DNA of 64,000 nucleotides. It comes from an uncultured Candidatus Berkelbacteria bacterium. Lineage in GTDB: Bacteria; Patescibacteriota; UBA1384; UBA12157. The notes beneath the pieces were generated by a model. That model did no database searches, was not told the DNA's origin, and saw only the letters and a program-made list of their open reading frames with translations. The stretch spans positions 17,956-81,955 of the forward strand of contig CAIRFN010000005.1 in the NCBI GenBank assembly GCA_903877885.1, read 5' to 3'. Positions 17,942 through 27,489 of the stretch are shown here, piece by piece; positions within the stretch are counted from its first letter, which is position 1, and every line of letters begins with the position of its first letter. A program made the position numbers and the translations under genes.

Positions 17942-19258
17942 CTATCCATCCATTCTCTTTAACAACGCGTCGCGAGCGATTTTGCGGTCAGACCAAGGAA
18001 TTTTCTTTTCGCCAACCACCATACATTCCTCGGCGCCTTTGCCGGTAATGAGAACTATATCATCTTTGTGAGCAATTTTAATAGCCTTTTCAATCGCCTC
18101 TTTGCGATCAAAAATCTGGAAAAAGTTCTCGTTTAAAACTTTGGGATTTTTGCTATCAGCGCCGCGAGGCACGCCGCCGGAGACTTCCTCGATAATTTTT
18201 TGAGCGTCCTCGGTATATGGATCTTCGTTCGTCACAATCACAATATCGGCAAATTTACCAGCTAAGGCGCCCAAGATTGGCCGTTTGGTTTTATCACGAT
18301 CGCCGCAAGAACCCAAAACCGAAATAATTCGAGCTTTTTTAGCCATATCCAAGGTTTGATAAACTTTCTCCAAAGCGTCTGGCGTATGAGCGTAATCAAT
18401 AATGACAGCAAAACTTTGGCCTATATCCACTTTTTCCATTCGACCTGGAACCACATCCATTTCTTCGAGTGCTTGTTTGGCCACATCCAAATGAATTTTT
18501 AAAGCATAGGCCACACAAATCGCAGCCAAAGCATTATAAATATTAAACTTGCCGGGCAAATTAGAATTAACCGCAATTTGACTGGTTGGAGTGACAATCG
18601 TAAACATTGAACCAGTTGGTTCTAGAATAATTTTTTTAGCTAAAATTTCAGGTCGAACCTGACGCGTGGTTTGAGCATTTTCAATACCGTAAGTGATAAT
18701 ATCGCGAGCTGGTAAAGCCGCAAGCTGATCAATTGTTTTTTCATCATCATTATTTAAAATATTAATCGTTTTGCCAGTCGAAAAAAGTTTGGTTTTAACC
18801 TTGCGATATTCCTCAAAAGTCTTATGATAATCCAGATGGTCGTGCGTCATATTGGTCATAATGGCAATCTGATAATTGATCCCATAAGTGCGATATTGGC
18901 TAATGGCGTGAGAAGAAGTTTCCAAAACCACCCAATGACAGCCAGCTTTAAGGCATCGACTCAAAAACTTTTGAACCGCAAATGGCGAGTCGGTGGTCAT
19001 TTTAGTCGTATTAACCCACTCTTCTTTACCAATCTTAAAATTAATCGTCGTGGCCATACCCACACGGTAATTGGCTTTTTCCAAAATTCTGGCAATCATA
19101 TTACAAGTCGTGGTTTTGCCGTTTGTACCAGTCACACCGATAATTTTGAGTTTTCGACCAGGAAAACCATAAATCATGGCCGCCAAAACGCCTCGGGCGA
19201 AATGCGTCCAAATGATAAATGATTCAGGTAAAATTGATTTAAGATAAGATTTAATCAT
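17942..19258 (-). CDS. murE: UDP-N-acetylmuramyl-tripeptide synthetase (MurE family)
   Basis: GVTGTNGKTT, ETSSH, DHLDYH, DYAHTPD, GKGAE. Confidence 0.9.
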   Translation of the reverse strand: MIKSYLKSILPESFIIWTHFARGVLAAMIYGFPGRKLKIIGVTGTNGKTTTCNMIARILEKANYRVGMATTINFKIGKEEWVNTTKMTTDSPFAVQKFLSRCLKAGCHWVVLETSSHAISQYRTYGINYQIAIMTNMTHDHLDYHKTFEEYRKVKTKLFSTGKTINILNNDDEKTIDQLAALPARDIITYGIENAQTTRQVRPEILAKKIILEPTGSMFTIVTPTSQIAVNSNLPGKFNIYNALAAICVAYALKIHLDVAKQALEEMDVVPGRMEKVDIGQSFAVIIDYAHTPDALEKVYQTLDMAKKARIISVLGSCGDRDKTKRPILGALAGKFADIVIVTNEDPYTEDAQKIIEEVSGGVPRGADSKNPKVLNENFFQIFDRKEAIEKAIKIAHKDDIVLITGKGAEECMVVGEKKIPWSDRKIARDALLKRMDG

Positions 19259-20217
19259 TTCCTTCTCATCTTCTCGATAAACTTAAATAAATTATACCAG
19301 CATTTGCTGTAAATAATATCCCAACTTCCGACTGTTTGGTATTTGATGCCGCCAAATTGCTCTTTAAATTGAGTGATACCGGCGTATTTATGTTTTTTGT
19401 CATTCTGAGCTTGCGAAGAATCTATAGATCCTTCACTGCGTTCAGGATGACTATTAAATGGCGCTACTGCTAATAAATCATAAAACTTGCAACCTTTGGC
19501 TTTGGCGATTTTAATCGCCTCCCAGTGCATTAGGTATGGTGCCATTACATTGCGATATTTTGATAAGCTTGCTCCATAAAGATAAGTCGCCATTTCGTCA
19601 AAAAAAGTAAAAATTCCAGCCGCCACGGGAATATCATTATATTTAACAACCAAAAGTTCAACGGAATTTATTTCTTTTAAGGTTTGAATTAATTTAGCAA
19701 AATATTTTTTTGGTCTGATTTGAAAACCATCTCGGCTAGCCGTTTCCTTAAAAATTTCGTAAAATTCGTCAATATTTTGTGATTTTTCAACAACTAAACC
19801 ATGTTTTTGCCCTACTTTAATATTATATCGGCCTTTTGGTTTCATTTTGGCCAAAATTTCTTCTTCAGATTTTGTTATATCCACAATTTGACGATATTCT
19901 GGCTGAATCTCTTCAAACGATTTAATGAGATGATTTTTCTTCAAAATTGTTGTAATTTTTCCACCAAAAACCGAGTTTTTTTGATTCAAAAAATCTAACC
20001 TTAAAAATATCGAGTGGGATTTTTTAGAAATTTCTTTAATTTTTGGTAAAAATTTGGGGAAATTGATTTTGTAAAAATCGACTTCCGGCGAGTACAGAAA
20101 ACTAAAACCCAGTGGTAATGGTTTTTCCAAAACTAAAACCTCATCAACCCAATGGGCTTTCCAACCTTGACTTTCGCGAAGCGCAGCCCATTCCTTTGTT
20201 TGTAGAATTGATTTCAT
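19255..20217 (-). CDS. FemABX-family peptidoglycan bridge peptidyltransferase
   Basis: LQTKEW, KGRYNIK, YLYGAS, YLMHWEAI, FKEQFGG; adjacent to murE. Confidence 0.88.
   Translation of the reverse strand: MKSILQTKEWAALRESQGWKAHWVDEVLVLEKPLPLGFSFLYSPEVDFYKINFPKFLPKIKEISKKSHSIFLRLDFLNQKNSVFGGKITTILKKNHLIKSFEEIQPEYRQIVDITKSEEEILAKMKPKGRYNIKVGQKHGLVVEKSQNIDEFYEIFKETASRDGFQIRPKKYFAKLIQTLKEINSVELLVVKYNDIPVAAGIFTFFDEMATYLYGASLSKYRNVMAPYLMHWEAIKIAKAKGCKFYDLLAVAPFNSHPERSEGSIDSSQAQNDKKHKYAGITQFKEQFGGIKYQTVGSWDIIYSKCWYNLFKFIEKMRRK
19399..19451. repeat. Short family A two-arm element in frame within the femX-like gene
   Basis: gtcattctgagcttgcgaagaatctatagatccttcactgcgttcaggatgac; encodes SHPERSEGSIDSSQAQND. 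Confidence 0.85.
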
Positions 20218-20246
20218 ACTATAATTAGTATATAATAAATTATCTT

Positions 20247-21482
20247 ATGATGAAAGAAAAAATGAAAATATTAGCCATTGAATCAAGTTGTGACGAAACC
20301 GCGGCCGCCGTTATTGAAAATAATAACGGTGAGATTAAGATACATTCAAACATAATTTCTAGTCAAATTGATATTCACAAACAATTTGGTGGCGTTTTTC
20401 CCGAAATTGCTTCGCGTGCTCATGCCGAAAATATTATTCCGGTGATTAAAGAATCTTTAATTAATAGTATTGATGATGTCGATCTAATCGCTGTCACTGA
20501 CGGACCAGGTTTAATCGGTTCGCTTTTGGTTGGCGTCAATGTAGCCAAAACCTTGAGTTTCGCAAATAATATTCCGATCTTACCAATCAACCACTGGCTT
20601 GGTCATATCTATTCCTGTTTTACCGATGATAAAAATTTACCTCGATTCCCTCTTCTCGCCCTTATTGTTTCCGGTGGTCATACTGGTTTGGTGTTGATGA
20701 AAAGTCATACCGAGTACATTCAAATCGGCGCTACACTTGATGACGCCGCTGGCGAAGCTTTTGATAAAGTAGCAAAACTCTTAGAATTAGGTTATCCTGG
20801 CGGACCGGCGATTTCAGCTGCGGCTGAAGAATATAAAAAAGAATGTCATTCCGGTCCAGATGGTAATACTGGAACCGGAATCCAGGCCTGGATTCCCGAT
20901 GTCGAGTTGCCACTCGGCTCGAGAATGACAATTTCCTTTCCGAGAGCCATGCTTAATTCTAAAGATTATAATTTAATGTCAATTAAATTTCCGCGGGCCA
21001 TGATGCAATCAGGGAACTATAATTTCTCATTTTCAGGGTTAAAAACTTCTGTACTAAACAAAGTTCGAACTTTAACTGAAAATTGGAAATTGAGAACTGA
21101 AAATTTTGCCCCCGTAGTTGCCTATGAATTTCAACAATGCGTCATTGATATTTTAATTGGTAAAACTTTGAAAGCGGCTGAAGAATTTAAGCCAAAATCA
21201 ATTCTTCTTTGCGGCGGCGTTTCAGCAAATAAGGAATTAAGAGAACAAATGAAAAAAGCTATTTTGTCATTCCGGACCCCTCCTGTCATTCCGGACCGGT
21301 TGGCAACAGGATCCGGAATCCAGGAAAAAACGAATGACAAGATTAATTTTTTCTGTCCGCCCATCGAATTAACCGGCGATAACGCGGCCATGATCGGTAT
21401 TGCCGCAGCCTATCAAATCAACGCTGGCGTTAAACCAACTACATATAATAATGTAAATGCGAACTCAAATTTGAAATTGTAA
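20247..21482 (+). CDS. tsaD: tRNA N6-threonylcarbamoyladenosine transferase TsaD with several insertions
   Basis: IESSCDET, GPGLIGSL, HWLGH, SGGHT, DDAAGEAFDK, SFSGLKT, GGVSAN, DNAAMI. Confidence 0.95.
   Translation: MMKEKMKILAIESSCDETAAAVIENNNGEIKIHSNIISSQIDIHKQFGGVFPEIASRAHAENIIPVIKESLINSIDDVDLIAVTDGPGLIGSLLVGVNVAKTLSFANNIPILPINHWLGHIYSCFTDDKNLPRFPLLALIVSGGHTGLVLMKSHTEYIQIGATLDDAAGEAFDKVAKLLELGYPGGPAISAAAEEYKKECHSGPDGNTGTGIQAWIPDVELPLGSRMTISFPRAMLNSKDYNLMSIKFPRAMMQSGNYNFSFSGLKTSVLNKVRTLTENWKLRTENFAPVVAYEFQQCVIDILIGKTLKAAEEFKPKSILLCGGVSANKELREQMKKAILSFRTPPVIPDRLATGSGIQEKTNDKINFFCPPIELTGDNAAMIGIAAAYQINAGVKPTTYNNVNANSNLKL
20845..20929. repeat. Family A two-arm element in frame within tsaD
   Basis: gtcattccggtcc...ggaatccaggcctggattccc...gagaatgac; encodes CHSGPDGNTGTGIQAWIPDVELPLGSRMT. 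Confidence 0.9.
21266..21338. repeat. Family A stub plus arm in frame within tsaD
   Basis: gtcattccggacc occurs at 21266 and 21285, the second continuing to ggatccggaatcc; encodes SFRTPPVIPDRLATGSGIQ. Confidence 0.85.
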
Positions 21483-21526
21483 CCTTAATGTACACCCTGG
21501 AAGTGTACATTGGTTTGAACTAATAT

Positions 21527-21806
21527 AAAGAGAACGCCCCTGGCAAGCCAGGGGCGGTAGGAAAGATGGATAGGGATTGGGAAAGAAAAGAATGAAAAGT
21601 AGGCGTTGCGATGCCTCGAGTGATGAAGAGATGTGCTAGACTTAGAACGAGTGGACAGATGCGGTCTGAACGAAGCCTTCTTGCGAAGGACAAGTGAACG
21701 TAGAGCCCTAAGGCTCGGACAGTGATGGTCTAGGCGGCAGCCCGAAATGCTGGCGAGTCGCAACCGAGAACACCAAAGAGGTGTCGAACATGACAAAGCA
21801 ACGCCT
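21527..21806 (-). ncRNA. Candidate ~280-nt structured ncRNA between tsaD and valS
   Basis: Promoter TTGACA-N17-TACGAT (21814-21842), 9-bp closing stem 21601-21609/21798-21806, internal hairpins, terminator 21535-21556. Confidence 0.6.
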
Positions 21807-21888
21807 TATAAATATCGTAGTTCTCACTAAAACCTTTGTCAAGACCTTAAAAATCTGATAAGATAAAATAAATTAATGAGAAAATATT

Positions 21889-24039
21889 ATGCAAGAATTA
21901 CCATCAAATTACAATTATAAAGAAACTGAAGACAAAATTTATGCGCTGTGGGAAGAAGCCGGCGCGTTTAAACCAGTTATTGATCCTAATCAAAAACCAT
22001 ATACGATTGTGATTCCGCCACCAAATGTGACTGGTTCTCTTCATATGGGTCATGCTTTAAATAACACAATTCAAGATATTTTAATTCGTCGCTCTCGGAT
22101 GCGTGGCGTGCCAACTCTATGGATTCCCGGAACTGATCATGCCGGTATTGCTACTCAAAATGTGGTGGAAAAAAAGTTGGCTAAAGAAGGCAAAACTCGT
22201 CAAGAACTTGGGCGCGAAGAGTTCACCAAAGAAGTTTGGGATTGGGTTGATCAATATGGCAACACTATTATTGGACAGCTCAAGAAAATGGGTTGTTCTT
22301 GCGATTGGTCCAGACAGCGTTTTACCATGGATGAAGGCTATTCAGAAGCGGTTAAAGTCGCGTTCAAAAATTACTATGATAAGGGTTATATTTATCAAGG
22401 TGAACGAGTGATCAACTGGTGTACCCGTTGTCAAACTGCCTTATCTGATATCGAAGTCGAACATATTGATCAAAACGCTAAACTATATTTTTTTAAATAT
22501 GATAAAAATTTTCCGATCACCATTGCCACTACGCGACCAGAGACAAAGCTTGGCGATACAGGTGTAGCGGTCAATCCGAAAGACAAAAGATATCAGGATT
22601 ACATTGGTAAAACTTTCAAGGTTAATTTTTGCGGTGTCGACCGCGAGATTCGGGTTTTTGCTGACATTAGTATTGATATAACCTTTGGCACTGGCGCCGT
22701 CGGAGTCACTCCAGCGCATTCTTTGGTTGACTATGAAATGGCCGAAAAAAATGGCTTGGATATTATTAAAGTGATTGATCAATATGGGAAAATGACCAAA
22801 GAAGCGGGAACAGAATTTGAAGGTTTGAAAGCAACTGAAGCGCAAGCCAAAGTCATCGAAATGTTGGAAAAAGCTGGGCTGATGGAAAAAGTGGAAGAAA
22901 TCCAAAACGCGATCAGTGTGTGTTATCGCTGTAATCGACCGATTGAGCCTCAACCGTCAAAACAATGGTTTTTAAAGATGTCGGAATTAGCAAAACCAGC
23001 GATTGAAGCGGTTAAATCTGGTCAAATTAAATTCACACCAGACCGTTGGACCAAAGTTTATTTAGACTGGATGGAAAATTTGCGCGACTGGTGCATTTCT
23101 CGCCAAATCTGGTGGGGGCACACCATTCCAATTGAAGGCGAAACTGATGTTTTGGACACTTGGTTTTCGTCAGCCTTGTGGCCGTTTGCCACACTTGGTT
23201 GGCCCAATAAAACTGAAGACCTAAAATATTTTTATCCGACCACCACACTTTCCACTGCCCGCGATATTATTTATCTGTGGGTGGCACGAATGATTTTTTC
23301 AGGGCTTGAATTTACCAACGAAATTCCATTTTCACAGGTTTATATTCATCCAACGGTTTTCAATAAAGAAGGTAAACGCATGTCCAAATCTTTGGGCACC
23401 GGCGTCGATCCTTTGGAACTGATCGAGAAATACGGTGCCGATGCCACGCGATTTGGTCTTACCTATATTAATACCGGGATTCAAGATTTGAAATTTGACG
23501 AAGAAGCTATTGGTGCTGGCAAAAAATTTGCCAATAAGTTGTGGAATATCACCAGATTCATGTTGATGAGCATTTGTCATTCCGGTCCGGATGGCTCCGG
23601 AACCGGAATCCAGGAAAATGATAATCTGGATTCCAGATCAGGTTGCCAACCAGTCTGGAATGACAAGATGGAACCAAGAACTGAAGCCGATAAAATCATT
23701 CTTGAAAAACTTAATGCCGTTATTAAATCAACTGACAAAAATCTTGATGAATTTAAATTTGGCCAAGCGGCGCATGATTTGTATGATTTCGTCTGGCACG
23801 ATTTGGCCGACGTATATATAGAAGAAAGCAAAGTGACCGCGAACGGTCATCCCGAGCCGAAGTCCGGCGAGGGAACCCCTGATTTTTCAGTATTACTTTA
23901 TGTAATAGTAACTTCGATTAAACTTTTGCACCCGATTATGCCGTTTGTAACAGAAGAAATCTGGCAAAAACTCTACGAAGATAAATTAGTTGATGAAAGA
24001 ATGCTGATTACGGCAAAATGGCCAAAAGCACAAGAATAG
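21889..24039 (+). CDS. valS: Valine--tRNA ligase (short form)
   Basis: PPPNVTGSLHMGH, DHAGIATQ, DWCISRQIWWGH, DTWFSS, RMSKS. Confidence 0.96.
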   Translation: MQELPSNYNYKETEDKIYALWEEAGAFKPVIDPNQKPYTIVIPPPNVTGSLHMGHALNNTIQDILIRRSRMRGVPTLWIPGTDHAGIATQNVVEKKLAKEGKTRQELGREEFTKEVWDWVDQYGNTIIGQLKKMGCSCDWSRQRFTMDEGYSEAVKVAFKNYYDKGYIYQGERVINWCTRCQTALSDIEVEHIDQNAKLYFFKYDKNFPITIATTRPETKLGDTGVAVNPKDKRYQDYIGKTFKVNFCGVDREIRVFADISIDITFGTGAVGVTPAHSLVDYEMAEKNGLDIIKVIDQYGKMTKEAGTEFEGLKATEAQAKVIEMLEKAGLMEKVEEIQNAISVCYRCNRPIEPQPSKQWFLKMSELAKPAIEAVKSGQIKFTPDRWTKVYLDWMENLRDWCISRQIWWGHTIPIEGETDVLDTWFSSALWPFATLGWPNKTEDLKYFYPTTTLSTARDIIYLWVARMIFSGLEFTNEIPFSQVYIHPTVFNKEGKRMSKSLGTGVDPLELIEKYGADATRFGLTYINTGIQDLKFDEEAIGAGKKFANKLWNITRFMLMSICHSGPDGSGTGIQENDNLDSRSGCQPVWNDKMEPRTEADKIILEKLNAVIKSTDKNLDEFKFGQAAHDLYDFVWHDLADVYIEESKVTANGHPEPKSGEGTPDFSVLLYVIVTSIKLLHPIMPFVTEEIWQKLYEDKLVDERMLITAKWPKAQE
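23576..23664. repeat. Family A two-arm element in frame within valS
   Basis: gtcattccggtccgg...ggaatcc...ggattcc...ctggaatgac; encodes CHSGPDGSGTGIQENDNLDSRSGCQPVWND. Confidence 0.9.
23846..23879 (+). repeat. Family A single degenerate arm in frame within valS
   Basis: gtcatcccgagccgaagtccggcgagggaacccc; encodes HPEPKSGEGTP. Confidence 0.65.
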
Positions 24040-24075
24040 ATAAATTTTGAAATTCGAATTTTGAATTTTTTCTTT

Positions 24076-24449
24076 GTCATTCCAGACCGGCCGGAGGCAG
24101 GATCTGGAATCCAGAATAAAATGAATAATTATTATGTGTATATTTTGACTAGCAGAAGAAACGGCACTTTATATATTGGCGTAACTAATGATCTGATTAA
24201 AAGAATATGGGAACATAAAAACCATAGTAAAAAAGGATTTACAGAAAAATATAACATTTGCCAATTGATATACTTTGAGCAAACTAATAATATAAACTCC
24301 GCTATTAATAGAGAAAAACAATTAAAATCATGGAATAGAAAATGGAAACTTGACTTAATTGAGAAAGTCAATCCTGATTGGAAAGATTTATATCAAGAAT
24401 TGTTGTAACTGGATTCCCGATGTCGGATGCCATCCGACTCGAGAATGAC
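24076..24449 (+). mobile_element. Family A element enclosing a GIY-YIG gene (putative autonomous copy 1)
   Basis: Left arm 24076-24114 ends 6 nt before the ATG; right arm 24409-24449 starts directly after the stop. Confidence 0.7.
24121..24408 (+). CDS. GIY-YIG nuclease family protein (UPF0213-like)
   Basis: YYVYIL...LYIGVTNDL..R..EH...REKQLK.W.R.WK..LIE..NPDW; start moved to ATG 24121. Confidence 0.93.
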   Translation: MNNYYVYILTSRRNGTLYIGVTNDLIKRIWEHKNHSKKGFTEKYNICQLIYFEQTNNINSAINREKQLKSWNRKWKLDLIEKVNPDWKDLYQELL

Positions 24450-24502
24450 AATTGGATAATTAAAAATTGATTCGAAATTCGAAATTCAAAATTCGAATTT
24501 AA

Positions 24503-24982
24503 TTGAAAGTTACTATGTCTTTTACAAAACTCCTCATTATTCTATCTATCTTATTATTCGGTTTGAGCCTTTCGCTCGTGGTTTTTAAAGTTACCTATAA
24601 TAATCAGACGAAAGATATTAAGACTAAAAATCAACAAATTCTCGATCAATATAGTAATAATATTAAAACCGAAAATGATGCTTATAAATTAACTGTCGCT
24701 GGACTACATCAACTGGATGTGAATTTGCCGGATTTAGCTTTAATCAGTTTGAAACAAGCCACAGTTGCTAATCCCAGTTATCGCGATGGTTGGCTGGCAT
24801 TGGGGTCAGCTCAATTTGACACTGCGAATTTCAATAATGCTCTTATCTCTTTCCAAACCGCGGCCAAACTCGATCCAATTTTTCCTGAAACCTATCGTCT
24901 TCTCCAGATAACTTACAATAAACTCGGTCAAAATGACGCGTCTAAACTTGCGCAAACAAAATACGAATTGTTAGCAAAATAG
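24503..24982 (+). CDS. Membrane-anchored TPR protein
   Basis: N-terminal TM; TPR-like NPSYRDGWLALG...AAKLDP. Confidence 0.75.
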   Translation: MKVTMSFTKLLIILSILLFGLSLSLVVFKVTYNNQTKDIKTKNQQILDQYSNNIKTENDAYKLTVAGLHQLDVNLPDLALISLKQATVANPSYRDGWLALGSAQFDTANFNNALISFQTAAKLDPIFPETYRLLQITYNKLGQNDASKLAQTKYELLAK

Positions 24983-25036
24983 TTTTTGTGTTATACTTTA
25001 TATATATTTCATAAATCATGGTAGGTCGGAGGGGCT

Positions 25037-27475
25037 ATGTTTAATAAATTCAAAAAGAACTTCATCAAGTTTATGATCGGCGTATTATTAGTAGTCTCTT
25101 TTATGCCGAATATTATTGACGCTCAAAAAACCGAATTTGATCGCTGGCAACAAAAAGTAGCTATTCAAAATAATCATTGGCAACAATTAAATGAGCAAGC
25201 TAAAGCAGTTGCTGAAAAATTACAATCAGCTGACAAAAATCCTCTAGGACTAGCCACAGCTAAAGCGGCTGGAAATTATCCAGTTAAAGGTCTTCGAGTA
25301 GCCTTAGACATTTTTGATCGATATACTAATGATGCTACCTATCGACCAAATTACTGGTGGGATTCAGCACCGCTTCCGACTGGTACAAATCTGGCCGATA
25401 TTCAATTTGATATCTCTCTAAGCGCTCCTAATTATAACCTTATTAATAGAACTCTTGTTAGTACTGCCAAAGGTTCTGATTTTCCTAATGACGACAATCT
25501 AAAATGTAATAATGCTGACAAAACCAATTGCGGTACCGTTATGGTCACGGTTAAAACAATGTTGAACCAAAATGGTAATCGAACAGAAATTGGTTCTTCC
25601 TTAGCTTCATTGGTAGTTCCGAATTTAAGCGATCGTGCAAGTAAATTGGCCGCTAGTGCTATTGATAATGATTATAATCCCGCAACATTAAGCACAAGCA
25701 GCACTAGTTCTATTGATAATTCTGACTATCCACCAGCGCCAGACGGTACTACCAGAATGACTGGTGAGCAATGTCAAAACGACCCGGTATGCAGTACTTT
25801 ACCAACATTTGGCGTGCTCGCAGAACCAACTGCTGTATGGGGTGATATAGCTCCAATTGGCATACTGGCATACAATGCTAAAAGTATTGCCAAAATTACT
25901 TTGAGCATTTCTGATCCAGTTTCCAATAAATCATTTTATAAAGACGATTTTACTAACGTTAAAAAACAGGATCAAATATATTATGAATATGATTGGGACA
26001 CTTTACTAGCTCAAACTAATGTCGATAGTGCTAATTCTACCCACACTGCTTTAGCCGAATTTTACAAAGATAATGGTAAAGGCGGTTTTACTTCTATCGG
26101 CCGAGCTACTGCTACGATTAAAATTACTGCTTTCAGTAGTTTCGATCCAATGACTGATGGTTTCTGGGGCGGCTATTTAAGAAATGATGGTAGCTATAGC
26201 CAAGATTGGAAAGTAAAACTTGGTTGTGATAAAAGTGCTGATCTTTGCAAAGATATCGATTCAACTAAAACTGCTATAAGTACAGCAATTGCTAGCGGTC
26301 AAGTTACAGAACAAGATGTTAATGATCTGATAAAAAGTTTCTCTCGTTATAATACCCAATTAAGCAAATCTAGTAGCGGAAACGATGAAACAATGATGCA
26401 GACTGTAGCTAATTGTTATAATATGACTGATTTAATTGGAGTAGTTAATGATCAGATGGATACCAAAGTTGGTATCCCTATTAGCGATATGGACGAAGCT
26501 TTCTTAAAATCACCTGAAAGTATTACTATCTTGCAAGTAGTTAACCAATATAGTTCACGGATTGCTTCTTATAATCCACAAACTCTTGATGAATGGAAAG
26601 CAATGCCTTTTTGGCCACAAATGAGTAATGAGATACTAAATAAGATTAGCCGCGATCCAGCCAATCTTATTAATTCTATTGACGATGTTACACCAGCAAG
26701 TTTAGACACTACGACAACCGCAAGCAACCACAATTCTTTTGCTCTTTTTATGAACCCAACTGGAGTCGCAAAAGCAACTGACCCAATAGGTTTCGTGACC
26801 GATGGCGCCTTCCTTATTGCAGATACAATTAAAATGTTTAGAGATCCAAGTATTGGAAATGCCGCCTGGATATTGGGCGATGTTGCGCTCGGGGCAGTAG
26901 ATGTTGTTCTTGGCGGTGGCGGCGAACTTCATGCCGCTATTGCTAGTGGTAAAGCTGCTATTTGGATGGCTACACATTTTCCGAAAGTAGTTGAAGTATA
27001 TAGAGTAACTAAGGGCGTAATTGCATCGGCTAAAATTGGCGAACGGGTTGGTGCATTTTTAACTAGGATCGGTGGTGGCGCAATTAAGGAAGCAATTATT
27101 AAAGGTGGTACAGCGGTCACTGAATATCTTGCAGCTCATCCAAATCTTGCTAAAATTGTCGATAGAATCAACCCTTTTAAAGCCAAATATTGGGCTTGGG
27201 CGCCAGGAATAGCTAAGAAATTTATCACCAAAGCCAAAGCTGCCGCTTGGTTTGTTTTTGATCATATTATTCCATTCGCCAACCTTGCTGCCCACGTTGC
27301 TGGAGATTCAGGTAAATGTGAATACTGCGCAGATGCAAAAAAGTGGTGGACATGGTTTACTCCAAGCGGAGCTATTCTAAACACCTTATGTGAGCTTCAA
27401 TGTGTAATTATCAACTGGATTGCCAGCGCGGTTGGCTTTGTTGTGGATAAGGTTTTACTACCAAGTATCCTTTAA
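25037..27475 (+). CDS. Large secreted or membrane hypothetical protein upstream of the VirB6-like gene
   Basis: 812 aa, signal peptide, paired Cys, hydrophobic Gly/Ala-rich C-terminal part. Confidence 0.8.
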   Translation: MFNKFKKNFIKFMIGVLLVVSFMPNIIDAQKTEFDRWQQKVAIQNNHWQQLNEQAKAVAEKLQSADKNPLGLATAKAAGNYPVKGLRVALDIFDRYTNDATYRPNYWWDSAPLPTGTNLADIQFDISLSAPNYNLINRTLVSTAKGSDFPNDDNLKCNNADKTNCGTVMVTVKTMLNQNGNRTEIGSSLASLVVPNLSDRASKLAASAIDNDYNPATLSTSSTSSIDNSDYPPAPDGTTRMTGEQCQNDPVCSTLPTFGVLAEPTAVWGDIAPIGILAYNAKSIAKITLSISDPVSNKSFYKDDFTNVKKQDQIYYEYDWDTLLAQTNVDSANSTHTALAEFYKDNGKGGFTSIGRATATIKITAFSSFDPMTDGFWGGYLRNDGSYSQDWKVKLGCDKSADLCKDIDSTKTAISTAIASGQVTEQDVNDLIKSFSRYNTQLSKSSSGNDETMMQTVANCYNMTDLIGVVNDQMDTKVGIPISDMDEAFLKSPESITILQVVNQYSSRIASYNPQTLDEWKAMPFWPQMSNEILNKISRDPANLINSIDDVTPASLDTTTTASNHNSFALFMNPTGVAKATDPIGFVTDGAFLIADTIKMFRDPSIGNAAWILGDVALGAVDVVLGGGGELHAAIASGKAAIWMATHFPKVVEVYRVTKGVIASAKIGERVGAFLTRIGGGAIKEAIIKGGTAVTEYLAAHPNLAKIVDRINPFKAKYWAWAPGIAKKFITKAKAAAWFVFDHIIPFANLAAHVAGDSGKCEYCADAKKWWTWFTPSGAILNTLCELQCVIINWIASAVGFVVDKVLLPSIL

Positions 27476-27489
27476 ATAAATTTAAATCA

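Noticed and set aside
21485-21796. 103-aa minus-strand ORF
   Set aside because: No RBS, biased Ser/Arg/Leu composition, and it runs through a terminator; better explained as ncRNA
21600-21880. T-box leader for valS
   Set aside because: No UGGNACC T-box motif or plus-strand terminator; promoter and terminator are on the opposite strand
24061-24120. N-terminal extension of the GIY-YIG ORF in the track
   Set aside because: It is the translated repeat arm; ATG 24121 matches the family start
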